From contig JAQFVV010000011.1 in NCBI GenBank assembly GCA_028023455.1, positions 1,922,001 through 1,986,000 on the forward strand: a stretch of 64,000 bases of DNA, given 5' to 3'. Position 1 is the stretch's first letter. Each line of letters starts with the position of its first letter. The notes beneath the pieces are model-generated. The model made no database searches, was not told the DNA's origin, and worked only from the letters and a program-made list of their open reading frames with translations. Below are positions 52,401 through 64,000 of the stretch, in pieces. Source of the stretch: Epiperipatus broadwayi (lineage: Eukaryota; Animalia; Onychophora). The translations under genes and the position numbers were made by a program.

Positions 52401-53009
52401 ACCTGTATCAATATATGTAATATATCTATTTATACATCCATTACTTTATAATTCAAAACATGTCACGTGTTTCAAGGAGCTGATAATCGTAGCTAGGGCT
52501 TTTATTTGGGGTAGGGCTTATATTACCAGCATCCTGAAAAATCATACTAGGACTTATTTTGTACTTAGGTCTTATTTTTTGGGAAAACATGGTATACAAA
52601 ATTCAAAGTTAATGAGGAAGATATGATTAAAGCTGGCAATTTTGATTTGCTATTGTAAGTACGAACAAAGGTATTTAATAGACTAATATTGAGCAACTCT
52701 AATGATCTAATATCCTTCTTTGCTTATTGCTTAAAGTAAGTAAGAAAGCTTATTTTAGTTGTATAAATATTTCTGAAAGTCCAAAGCAATCTTGTTTATA
52801 AATAGTGATTCTATTAAATATAAAATATAACATTACATAGTTGGGATTACACAAATAGAATTCTACAGAAATACAAACTATTTCTACATTTTTGCTTCAC
52901 TGATATTTTTTACACATTACTGTATTTGAGAAATTAGTAAGCAAATATAATTCAATAAATAAGGAAGATTCACGATACAGGAAATATTTAAAATTATAAT
53001 TGTTTTTAC

Positions 53010-53059
53010 CTCTTAGCATTGCTTTCGATCAGCTTGATCGATCATATTCATGACCATAT
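53010..53059 (-). other. Candidate 50-nt exon on the minus strand
   Basis: Strong acceptor (T)13ACTGCTTTCACCCAG and donor GAG|GTAAAA. Reads DMVMNMIDQADRKQC* in phase 1, or ends in ATG CTA AGA G. Confidence 0.3.
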
Positions 53060-53264
53060 CTGGGTGAAAGCAGTAAAAAAAAAAAATACAAATTTTAATC
53101 TTTCATGTGTAGTGAACCTTCCCTATTTAATTATGATATTGGTCTGGTCAAAAGCAGTGCTAAACAGTTAAAACAAAATTACAATTTTTAATCTTTCCTC
53201 TAAAGTGGACCTTCTCTATTTATTGAATTGCAAATGAATAAAAAAAGAAATAAAACTTATTGAT

Positions 53265-53400
53265 TTGTGTTTTCCTGAAGGTTTGTGATGAAGTGAATGT
53301 ATTTGAAATATTTAAATCAAATTAAATTTTTCTAAAGACATTCCATACACATATTAGATGATGGAAATAGTCCAATATGAAAATACAAATAAAACTTATT
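53265..53400. repeat. Family A tail fragment with a short 5' inverted piece
   Basis: gtgttttcctgaaggtttgtgatg (reverse complement of 5498-5520) joined to gaatgtatttgaaatattt...tagatgatggaaatagtcc. Confidence 0.7.
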
Positions 53401-53455
53401 GAGTTACACAAATATAAATTTAATAACTGTAATATTAAAAATAAATAGTTGAATG

Positions 53456-53512
53456 TTTTATTGGTCAGGACTTCGTAGGAAATTTGAATGCCGGAAGTGA
53501 CAGATTGGTCTT
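53456..53512. promoter_or_regulatory. Possible promoter motif cluster (ETS CCGGAAGT plus two CCAAT boxes)
   Basis: CCGGAAGT at 53491-53498 and ATTGG at 53460 and 53504 in a CpG-retaining patch; motif match only. Confidence 0.25.
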
Positions 53513-55250
53513 CGATCCAAACAGTAATGCAAAGCGTTTAGAATGTTAACTGCATAAATATTTATACACATCTTGATGACTTATATTGCATGCATTAAAG
53601 TTTAATATATACCTTTAATCATAATTTAATAGAATTGTTTTTTTAAAAAAAGGTTAGTAAAGGCAAACCACCAGTAATGATGATTGAGGGTTATTGCATG
53701 GTTGCAAGTTCTCTAACATACGAACTTGATAATTAAAATACTAAGTTCATTTATCTCATATTTTCCAATGTATTATATATTGCAAGAAAAAGTCATTCAT
53801 TATAAATCTATAAAAGTTCACTGAAAGCAAGATTTATTTAATTTTTTTTTTTTAAAAAAAGATACTTTATAATAGAAGCCATGTGATAAACTCTCTTTGA
53901 CAAAATTTTCAGAATATACTTATCTTCATTATTATTAATTACAATACTGAATCCCGTCTTCTTCTTTTTTTTGACAGTTTGGATTTTAAATAATAAAAAA
54001 TTAAATTCAAGATATAATAAATTTTTCATATGGGATATTATTGTTTGATGATTATTATCAATGCAAAAAATACATACATTTTCAAATACTAATATAAAGC
54101 TTGATAAATATATATAATGGTCATCTATGCTGATTTAAAAATAAGATTATACGATGATTATTAAAGTGTCTCTCAATCTGTACCTGATGCCAAGACAAAA
54201 TATTAAATTATGATTTTACTGTCAGGTTTTTATCTTACACTCCTAATTTTCAGGTATAAATTAAACATCACATATGTGTACGTGTCCTATAATAACATAT
54301 GCATTTAATGTCAACTTACAACTGAATCAATCCAGTAGATTATAAGATAGGGCTTCATTTAGTTCTTTTATAAAAGACAAATAATTCACAATGATAATAA
54401 TAATAATAAATTAATTAAACATGCATACACAAATACAAATAGCGAATATTAAATATATTAAATTATTATCAATTAATAATTCAAAGATTAATTTCATATA
54501 TATATCTTACAGACAAACATACGTGTACTTTATATTTAATTTAAAAACGTTGTGCTTATGTGAATTAGCTTTATTTATTTACTTAGATACACAAATAATT
54601 AAATGCTATTTATTATGTTTGTTTTATAAAATTCTATTACTATTATTACTAAGCAATAAATCTTATTTTTTTCCATAATACATATTTAAATATATATATA
54701 AATTTATAATAAAAACCATAATTCTTATGAGCGAATAGAAATTGTATAGTACGGTTTATTTTCAAATGATATGTAAATGGTTAACTGCAGGAAATAACCT
54801 TCAAAGTCATAAGAAATCAAGCCAATCTCTAATTCAGTACTCTACCTGAGGATGTGAATCGATTATAATCCATATTCCAATTTACAACAATAATGAAAAA
54901 AGACAGCATTTCAGAACAATCACTCCTGCAAAGGCGGAGAAGACATTACTACACCTGCAGACCGCTGGCCGCCAATGTAGCAGACAAGCTGGCTGCTAAA
55001 TCAAGAGTTGTCAGGAGCAAACTAATGTTTGTAAATCCATATTCGCAGTTAAATCCAGAGCTATAGTGGAATTAAACATGTGTACCCTTTACCATGACAA
55101 CATTTTGAAAATTATAATATATATTAAAAAAAAAAAGAAATCAATTAAAAATTCAAATGAACTTTCTTTTTTTTGTATAATAATGACTGGGAGTTTTTCT
55201 TTCTTTTTTTCATAATAAGTATTATATAATTCTAAATAAAAATATTTCAG

Positions 55251-55283
55251 AAGTATATTGTGACCCAGGAAAAAAAATGACAG
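55251..55283 (+). CDS. Candidate 33-nt micro-exon, phase 1-1 (EVYCDPGKKMT)
   Basis: aatatttCAG|AAGTATATTGTGACCCAGGAAAAAAAATGACAG|GTAAGT; canonical sites, frame-preserving, GC-richer structured downstream intron. Confidence 0.45.
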
Positions 55284-55971
55284 GTAAGTGAAAGATGATC
55301 TTCACAACCTATGAAGATCATCTTCTGGTCAGCTGATTAAGATTCACGGCACATGATCATACGCTCTTCACCAGGAACGATTGATTTCAGATCTCTAAGC
55401 AATGCTTTGCTTAGGCCTGCACTCTCTTAACACAAGAGGGGAATGTTAATTTTATTGAGGCTTTTTCTTTCCTTTTTTTTTTAAAGAAAGAAACAAATTT
55501 TTAAAATGTTGAGAAATAAAATATTTGTTAAGAGTCAAAAGAATTCTATATATTTTTAAAAAATATTCTTCCCATTTTTTTTTTTTTTCAAATAACAAAC
55601 GGTCTGGTGGATTCACAGAAATAATAAAAACTCCCTCTAAGTATTTTACGCCAATAGAAAACACTACTTAGCAATTCATCACATGGATTGCTATGCCTTC
55701 TGTATCACTCAGGTAAAAAAAAAAAAAGGTATAAATGACCATCTTTAAAAATGATATATTTCTAGTAACTTCAATACTAACATATTTGTTACTGTCAGAG
55801 ATGGTATGGTTAATGATGAAAGGTATTTTAAAAACTAAATAGAAGACATAAAAACATTCCACTAAAATTTTGTATCAAATAACTGATAAATAAATTAGTA
55901 AAACCTTTTAATATCAGGAATTTTTTTTTTTAAAAAAAGTGTGCATTGTATATATAAAATAAGTGAGTTAT

Positions 55972-56607
55972 TCATCATCATCATCAACCATTATCAGTCC
56001 ATTGCAAGGTGAAGGTCTCCAAGTTCAATGCATCTTCTCCGATTTCTTCTCCACATCACCCATGCACACTCTCTTATTTCATCCATCCATCTCACATGTG
56101 GTCTCTTTTTGGGTACTTTTACAATCTCTTGGAAGCCAGTTTAAGATTTCAATTGTTCATCTATTATCATCTCTTCTAGCAATATGTTCAGTCCAATTCC
56201 ACTTCAGTCTTTTAATTCTTTCAAGGACGTCAGTAACACCTGTTTGTTCTCTTACCCATATATTATGTTTTCGACCTTTTTTTTTTGTTATTCCTAACAG
56301 GCATCTTTCCATATTTATTTGAATGGTCTGGGGTCTCTGTATTGCTCTTCCATTAAGTGTCCAAGTCTCAGATGCATAAATAAGAACTGGTAAAATACAT
56401 TTATTAAAATCCTTCCTTTTCAAACACATAGGCATATTTCCTTTTAAAATGAAGTTATTTCTATCAAAAGCACTCCAACCAAGTTTAATTTTATGATAAA
56501 TTTCATCCATTGTTTCCATCTGTAATAATAATCTGACTAAAGTATTTGTAATTGTTAACTTCTAACTCATCATAATCAATCTTTATTTTCATCTTTTGAA
56601 AAAATCC
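55972..56607 (-). mobile_element. RTE-clade LINE 3' portion
   Basis: ORF 56157-56519 (EIYHKIKLGWSAF...CILPVLIYASETWTL...LKWNWTEHIARRDDNR) and (gat)n tail. Confidence 0.92.
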
Positions 56608-57587
56608 ATTATTAACATATATATCTAAGTTAAATTTCAAAATATTCATGATAAATATTTATGTAATTTCACATGCAGGAGCACATACAATAACACAAAC
56701 ACATATCTGAACTCAATTTTAAAATATTTGTGCCTAGTAGCCACCAATTATAATTAACATATTCTATGAATAATAATTTTTAAAAATTTTACCCTATGGT
56801 TTGACCATATTTTATGGTCATTATAACAAATGATATAACATTAATTATATGAAAGATAAATAAAATTTACAATTGATAAAAAAAAACAAATGAAATTTGC
56901 AAAGCACAATAATCTATATATATATATATGTATCATCCTTGGTGGTGTGGTGCTTGTACAACACTTTCAATGATGATAATATAATGATTTAACAACCAAA
57001 ATCTGTTTGAATCACTTGACAGTAAAAATTTTATAATTAAAAAAAGCTTTGAGTAATTTTCATGGTTATAATCATTTAAAAGATTAAGATTATAATTCTA
57101 ACCATAGTACCTAGATGTCAGGAGATATCAATAATCCAAGGGACAGAAATAAAAGTTCTCTCTGCAGAATCTTAACTGACAAGAAAATAAACTTCCCTGC
57201 TTACATAACACATGCGTTTGTTGGCATTGTAATAACAGAGAAATAAGTTTATATTGTTTGTTTACTTTTATAAAATTATTAAACAATTTTTTTTAAATAA
57301 GTATATACGTTTACATTTAGCTTTCATCTGAATATATTTGCTTTTTAGTAAAAATTAATCTGCTAAAAATAATGTTAAACAGGAAATACCTATGGTCAAT
57401 AATTTTATTATTACTTTGCAATTAGAAAATTAACTTTTAACATTTCAAAGAATATTTTCATTATTTCCACCTATACTTTGGTTACTTTGTTTTAATCATA
57501 GATTTAATAGAGAATGTTTTTTTTCATTAAATATAATTTATTTTTGTTTTTACAAAAAAAGGACATATATATTAATCTTTATATTTA

Positions 57588-59098
57588 TTGTAATTAGAGG
57601 GATTTGAACTCAGAATTTTTCAGTCTACTCATCCTCCATTCCATCTCGAGAAATTGATATACATGATTACATACAAGTGAAAAAGATACATGATTCTTAA
57701 TATATATATTTCATGCAGAACCCCATTCATCAGTTGGATCAGCTCATAATCTCTCATATATATATATATATATACAATCAATGCTCAGTGTAATATTAAG
57801 CTAGCAATTCCGCAAACCTTAATGGACAAATTTCATTCTTTTCATCCTTCCAACTATTCAACCATCCATTTCATTGAAAAACCAATGATGGAATGCTCAA
57901 AGCCCTTATTGGATTTGATAATATAGTCATACCCATGTAGACATTGTCAATCTAACCCCTCATATTAGTGGACCATTATATATCCATATATACTAATAGT
58001 AAAGGGATGGGCTGAACTAAAATACAATGTAATTCTAAAGCACTACATAATTTGCTTATACTGACTATTATCTATATATGTGTAATTAGAGGGATTTGAA
58101 CTCAGATTTTTTTAAGTCTATTCATCCTCCACTCTATCTCAAGCAATTGATACTCATGACTATGTGAAAAATATACTTGATCTCCAATATAAATATTTTG
58201 TGCAAAACCAGCACTCATCAGCTAGGCCGGATCATAATCTCTGACACATACATATAACCAGTGCTCAGTTTATATTAAGATAGCAATTCCTCAAACTTTA
58301 ATGGACAGGCTTCAATCTTCTCATCCTTTCAACTATTCAACCAACCATTTCATTGAAAAACCAAAGATGGAATGCTCAAAGCCTTATTGGATTTGATAAT
58401 ATAGTCATACACATGTAGACATTATGTCAATCTAACGCATCATATTATTGGATCATTATATATCCATATATATTAATAGTAGAGAGATGGGCTGGACTTA
58501 TACTAACATATAATGCAATTATAAAGCAGTATGTAATTTGCTTATACTGAATATCTTTTCTATACATGTGTAATTAGAGGGATTTGAATTCAGAATTTTT
58601 CAATCTATTCATCATCCACTTCCTCTCAAGCAACCGATGCACATGACTACATACAAGTAAAAAAGATATTTGATCCCCAATATACAACAACACTCATTAA
58701 TTGGGCCAGATCTGCCACACATATCTAAAATCAGTGCTCAGTTTATATTAAGATAGCAATTTCTCAAACTTTAATGGACAGGCTTCAATCTGCTCATCCT
58801 TCCAACTATTCAACCATCCATTTCATTGAAAAACCAAGGATGGAATTCTCAAAGCCTTTACTGGATTTAATATTGTAGTCATACCCATGTCAACATTACA
58901 TCAATCTAACCCCTCATATTGTAGCACCATTACAAATCCATATATATTAATAGTAGAGGGATGGGCTAAACTTATATTAAGATATATGAAATTCTAAAGC
59001 AGTATGTAATTTGCTTATACTGAATATTTCATATATATGTGATTAGAGATTTGAACTCAGGATTTTTCAGACTGAAAATACTGAGTTCAAATTCCTCT
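57588..59098 (-). mobile_element. Family D head-to-tail array: three ~470-492-bp units plus a terminal partial unit and a short inverted cap; each unit has a decayed HHR
   Basis: taattagagggatttgaa(c/t)tcag at 57591, 58083, 58571 and ~59040; HHR relics near 57700, 58190 and 58680; hairpin 59045-59098. Confidence 0.92.
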
Positions 59099-62000
59099 GA
59101 TACACAGTGTATCCTATAATAAAATGTTTTCTAAGTGTAATGCTAAAAGTTTTTCCAAAATTTTGCAACATACTAAAAGTTGATACAGACTTCAAAAACA
59201 TCGAAACAATTAAACAGATCCTAATTTCTTAATAACAAGACCTCTATTAAGTTTCTATAAGAGAAAAAGTTATTGAAAAAAAAAAATTTGCCCAAAGCAT
59301 ATTTAATGATGATGAAAGTCAGACATGCCACTATCTAATTAAAAAATAAAAAATAGTACAGTAAGTTTTTTTTTCTTATTCTCATTGTTTCTGTGAATGA
59401 ATGAGTGAACACACGCTCATTAAAATGTAAGTAAATGTGTCCCCTCAATTTATTATTAATAGGAATATTACTACTTTTTAAAATTTTGTTTATACTATGA
59501 TTTTAATTTATATATGCATACTATACATGTAAATAGCATCTATTATATATATATATACATCTGTGCAGTGAAAAATATTGCATGCTTGCAGTTCAATAAG
59601 CAATACGTATTTTATCTCAATGAAAATTTATCAATAAATAGCTATTATATGCTATGTATGACATACAAGAGAGGGTCTTGGAATAAAATATAGAGTATTG
59701 TTGCTTCTCTGAATATTCCCCTTAATAATGACCATAAAATTTTGCTGAAATGTAAAGTAAAATTTATAAAACTTCAATTGAATGGGAAATTTTATTAACT
59801 AAGTAAAAGAGTGTATAATTTAATAATATCAAATAATCTACATCAGTTTTGTATAAAACAAATGGCAGATTTTAAGACTTGTCATTTTCAAAATAATTTA
59901 AAATTCTTACTTTGATTTATTCTGAAGGAAATTCTAATTTCTGTTTGGATTTATCACAGAAAATATAGATATTCGACTTTGATGAAAGATTTTTTATCTT
60001 GCTCCAAAGGACATAGAAATCAATGAGTATATATACATTTAAGGTCTGTGCAATTTTTCTCTGCAACAGAGGTATATACTTGAGGGCCAAAGGTTCTTGC
60101 ATTGATTTCAGGTTAAGAAAAAAAATTTAAATGGTCATACATCAAAGACAGTAGATGTTATCTGCTGCTTTAGAGCTGGAAGGTCAACATGATTGCTGAC
60201 CACATGATATATTTTAATTATATATATATTATAGAAATAATATAATGTTACTATAATAATAAATTTACAATAACTCCATATAAGGCAACTTTTTTAATTA
60301 CAGATTATTTTAAAACTAAATCATATTAATATATAAAGTAAGACTTTATTAGGATTAAAGGTAAATAATGAATAATTAATATAAAACTAATCAAAGTGAT
60401 GTTAATGTAATAATAAGACTACAACTAGAACATCAATTTATTGTAAATTTAAATAAAACTGTATCAATACTAACTGAAAAAAATATTCAGTTCCCACTGC
60501 ACCATCAAACAGTAGTAAAAAAAAATTCTCACCATAGTGACACCTAGTAGAAGCCTTAGTCATCAAAAGATGTAGATAATTGTGCATCATAATGAGTGCT
60601 TTCCCATCAAAAGGTGATCATGTGATACACCAACAATGATAAATGGGGTAAAATTTAGTGACAAAGTGGCCACATATAATCATATCAAAAACTCAAAAGT
60701 GGCATGTCTAAAGTTAATAATATGAAAGAAAAAATTAGAAATGAAATTTATATACATGTAATCCAGCTACTAAAGAGAAATATTAAATTTGAAGACAGAA
60801 AGTTACCAGTATAATAAATAGGGCTAAAACAACAGTATACACATATTTCTATACTCTTCAAATATAATGCAAAAATCATTTCTTTACTGAAAAATAATAA
60901 AAAATCATAAAATAAGAAGCTTGGGAGATAATTAATGCAAAATATGTCACTCACGAAAAAGTCAATAGTGTCCCACCCAATATAGACTTTGTTACTTATA
61001 TTGTTATATACAATGGCTCATTTTAATAATGAATTTTAGTCAAGCTTTGATAAAAATGCTTTGCCCCAAGAGTATATCTAAGCAGGTTTAAATATAACAC
61101 TAATTATGTGGAATACAACCTTTTAACTATACAATAGATTGTGGGTTGAGTCACTAAACCAGTACTGAATCATTTGAAATATACAATCCATCACAGGTTC
61201 TTTGGATGCATTGGAAACTTTCTAGGTGATAACTAGATTTTATTGTTGTAAAATTTATGGCAGTCTGAATTACTTTCATTAGTCTATGACTAAGGTTTGC
61301 ACTGCCATGCATATGGAAATATAGACCCTTTTTTAAGCATTAAATGATTATTCTTTTGATATGTTAGAACTATACATTTACAAATAAAAAGCGGTTTAAA
61401 AAATCATACCTGAACTTTGCAAATATTTTTAAAATAACAATAAACTGAGTACATAATGAAAACAAAGAGTATTTTCACCCTTCAATAGTGGGTAGTAAAA
61501 CAGTTAAATGAGAAGCTCCAGAAAATCAACAAAATCTTCACTGACTGAAATTTATTTTTAAAACAGGAATGTATAAATGTGAAGCCCTGAAAAATGTATA
61601 AAATTCTGCTTGAAGATATTAAAAGTGTATTGTAATTCTTAGAGTATCTCAAAAAATTCTACCAAAGTATTGGTAATAATGTTAGTGATCAGTTTCACAA
61701 GATGTGGTCATCATACTAGCATGACCTTCTTTATTTGATAATGCAGGAATTTTTTAATTTCTATTTTTAAAAATAAAACATATACATATAAAATAAAAGT
61801 ATAATCATATATTCTTTTGCTTTTTAATAATTATTACACAATTATTGTGTAAAAATAATCAAGAAATTTGAATAAACTAAGTTTTTTGTTATTCTAAAAA
61901 TATCCTCAAAGTAGTCTTGTGAATGGTCTTAAAACCACATTAGAAAGAACTAAATCCATCAACCACATGGAGGTAAAATTAAAATATTTTGATCTCACTG

Positions 62001-62314
62001 CATATTCAAAAATATTGCACTCTTGAGATTTTTTTTAAATTAATAAATTAATACTCATTAGTTTGTGATTTTGCAGTTTTAAAAAATATATACATATCAT
62101 TACAGATGGTCATACAAGTGCAATAATATTAAGCGAATGTCAAACATTTTCTCAAACTTAAGATCTTTGCCTCACTTAATAAAAATTTTAATAATATAAC
62201 TTAATTATTTTTTACTTTTCACAACAATATTGTATCTCGTACTTATTTTAGATCATAAATTTTGCTAGATAAACCCAATTCATCTTTCTGACTTTAATTT
62301 TATCCCTCGACCAC

Positions 62315-62560
62315 TCTAGGTATATTCCTTCTAAATATTATCAATATCTTCCTTCTCCGCCTCTTTTCTTCTTCTAGTTCCTTCCAGCATATCTTTCAAG
62401 ATTCTTCTTTCTTTAAATATGTGCTTAATGTAATTTTTCCTATTGAAAATATTCTAAAAAAACAAACAAACATTTTTTCAGTTAATATTCTTAGTACTTC
62501 ATCAATTTTATATTTACAGCTCACCTTCTACTAATCTTCTCCAAAGCTCCCTTATCTAAA
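62315..62560 (-). mobile_element. Degraded RTE-like 3' fragment
   Basis: WRRLV...DEVLRIL...RKNYIKHI...ILKDMLEG resembles the RTE C-terminus. Confidence 0.45.
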
Positions 62561-64000
62561 ACTTCCAATCATTTCATTTCAGGTTTTTCAATTTTACATA
62601 TTTCTATTTCATATAAAACTGCCTCTTTCACAACGCTAATTATAATGATATCTTTATTTAAAATCTTGTTAAGTAAGCATTGACTTTTTAGGGGTTTTTT
62701 TTAATTTAAAAATATCAATAGCTTGTTTAGAAGCAACACTATTGTTAATTCTATTGTCTATATAATGAGATAAATGTAAAATTGGCCTGTGTTTTAAATG
62801 ATCGGGAAAAGTTTTATAAATTCTTAAAATCATGGTTTCACCAAACTTACTTAATATTATATTTAATCATTAATTAGAAAATATTTGATCTAACAATTTT
62901 AATCAAATAATTTCTGAGGATGTTAAGAAATTATGGATATTTTTCATGATCCTTGATTTAGCACAGAAAGACCTACAATCCATGGTTTTGATCCTGGATC
63001 ATAATACTTGCTTTGTGATAGGGGCCATGAAGCCAGAAAATAAGTTGTCATAATCCTATCTTTTTTTTTTTTTTTTACAAAGATCACAATATTATCAAGA
63101 AATCTTTATAGTCTATAGAGCTTTACCTAGCATATTTTAAGAGTGGAAATTAATTCTTAATTTTTAATTAAGTTTATAGATTTAAGATTTGAATTAATTC
63201 TAATTTGCATTATTTGGATTGTACCAGCCAACATCATTTTGCAGTAAAATAGATCATTTTAATGGAAAATGATGTCATGAGTTTGTAAATGATGTCAATT
63301 ACTTCGTTTAATATCTAGTTGTGGTAATTCTTTTTTTTTTAGTATCTACTGCCATAAGATATAACATTGAGAGGTGTTCTCATATCTTTCTGTATTATAG
63401 AATTATATAATTTTAGCTGTATTTGCATGTGTTTGATTATTTAGTGTGTATTGTAGTGACATTAAATGTTCTATTGTAGTTCAGTTTTGCCTGGTACATT
63501 CATTACAAATTCCCTGTAAATACACAATAAGAAGAATGCAACAAAAGGGTGGATGTAAATAAAAAGCCAGATGCTTATCTTAAACCATTTGTATAAACAG
63601 AAGTGTTTTAAACCCCAGCCCTGCCTTATTCAGTTGGAAATGTTGGGCGACATTCCTTTTCAAGATCACCTATCAGTTATGTTTAAGGTCGCAACTCAAC
63701 AAGTTTGTGATCTATGAATCTTTCACTTTCATTTATATAAGAGCGTGCATTATTATGAATAAAAAAATTGTATTTTAGACTTCATTCATGAAATGTTTAT
63801 TAGTAGTATTTTAATAATACTATAGCTAGTATATCAGGGAAGTAGACAGTGTTCACAGTCCTGAGAATTTCTGTTCTACTCTCAGTTACTGCTACTGTAT
63901 TAATTAAACATTTTGAAATTAATTATTAAATAATATTCATTATATAATAAATTATTTAAAATCCTATATAAAATATCAAGTCCACTCGTTTAGCACAGTG

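Larger units (their letters stand above)
50401..52594. mobile_element. Tigger/pogo-type (Tc1-mariner) non-autonomous element with nested insertions
   Basis: Left end TATTCTTTCCCCGAAAATAAAAC; right end reverse complement TACCATGTTTTCCCAAAAAATAAGAC; AGGGCTTAT(A/T)TT subterminal repeats; TA ends. Confidence 0.65.

Noticed and set aside
54780-55010. In-frame TGA read as selenocysteine (YST*GC)
   Set aside because: No recognisable selenoprotein motif or SECIS element.
18121-60954. Most remaining 60-120-aa ORFs in the track (F/I/L/Y/K-rich)
   Set aside because: Composition typical of random AT-rich DNA or antisense frames of RTE relics; no domain motifs.

Overview
Very AT-rich, CpG-poor eukaryotic DNA, most likely intronic or intergenic DNA of an invertebrate animal; the species and host gene cannot be named from sequence. 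There is no intact long protein-coding gene: the supplied ORFs are either noise or fragments of decayed transposons. Recognisable relics are a Penelope-like element (RT plus GIY-YIG), RTE-clade and CR1/Jockey-like LINEs, a gag-like coiled-coil ORF, a full-span dead hAT (GTF2IRD2/SPIN-type) transposon, a Tigger/pogo-type non-autonomous element and five copies of a ~100-bp tRNA-derived SINE with TSDs. A few candidate micro-exons are present. The main result is a dense population of short non-coding repeats in at least four unrelated families (A-D), each carrying a type I hammerhead ribozyme (HHR) motif with a palindromic helix III. About 16 motifs are present; two look fully intact (42062-42120 on +, 50077-50138 on -). 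These repeats show ~380-490-bp circularly permuted or tandem units, TSDs and a recurrent 5'-inverted fold-back structure. This is the signature of retrozyme-like, circRNA-based non-autonomous retroelements, possibly mobilised by Penelope-like RT. The class is known in animals; these particular families, their density and their integration signature may not be described. All alignments, identities and folds were done by eye.
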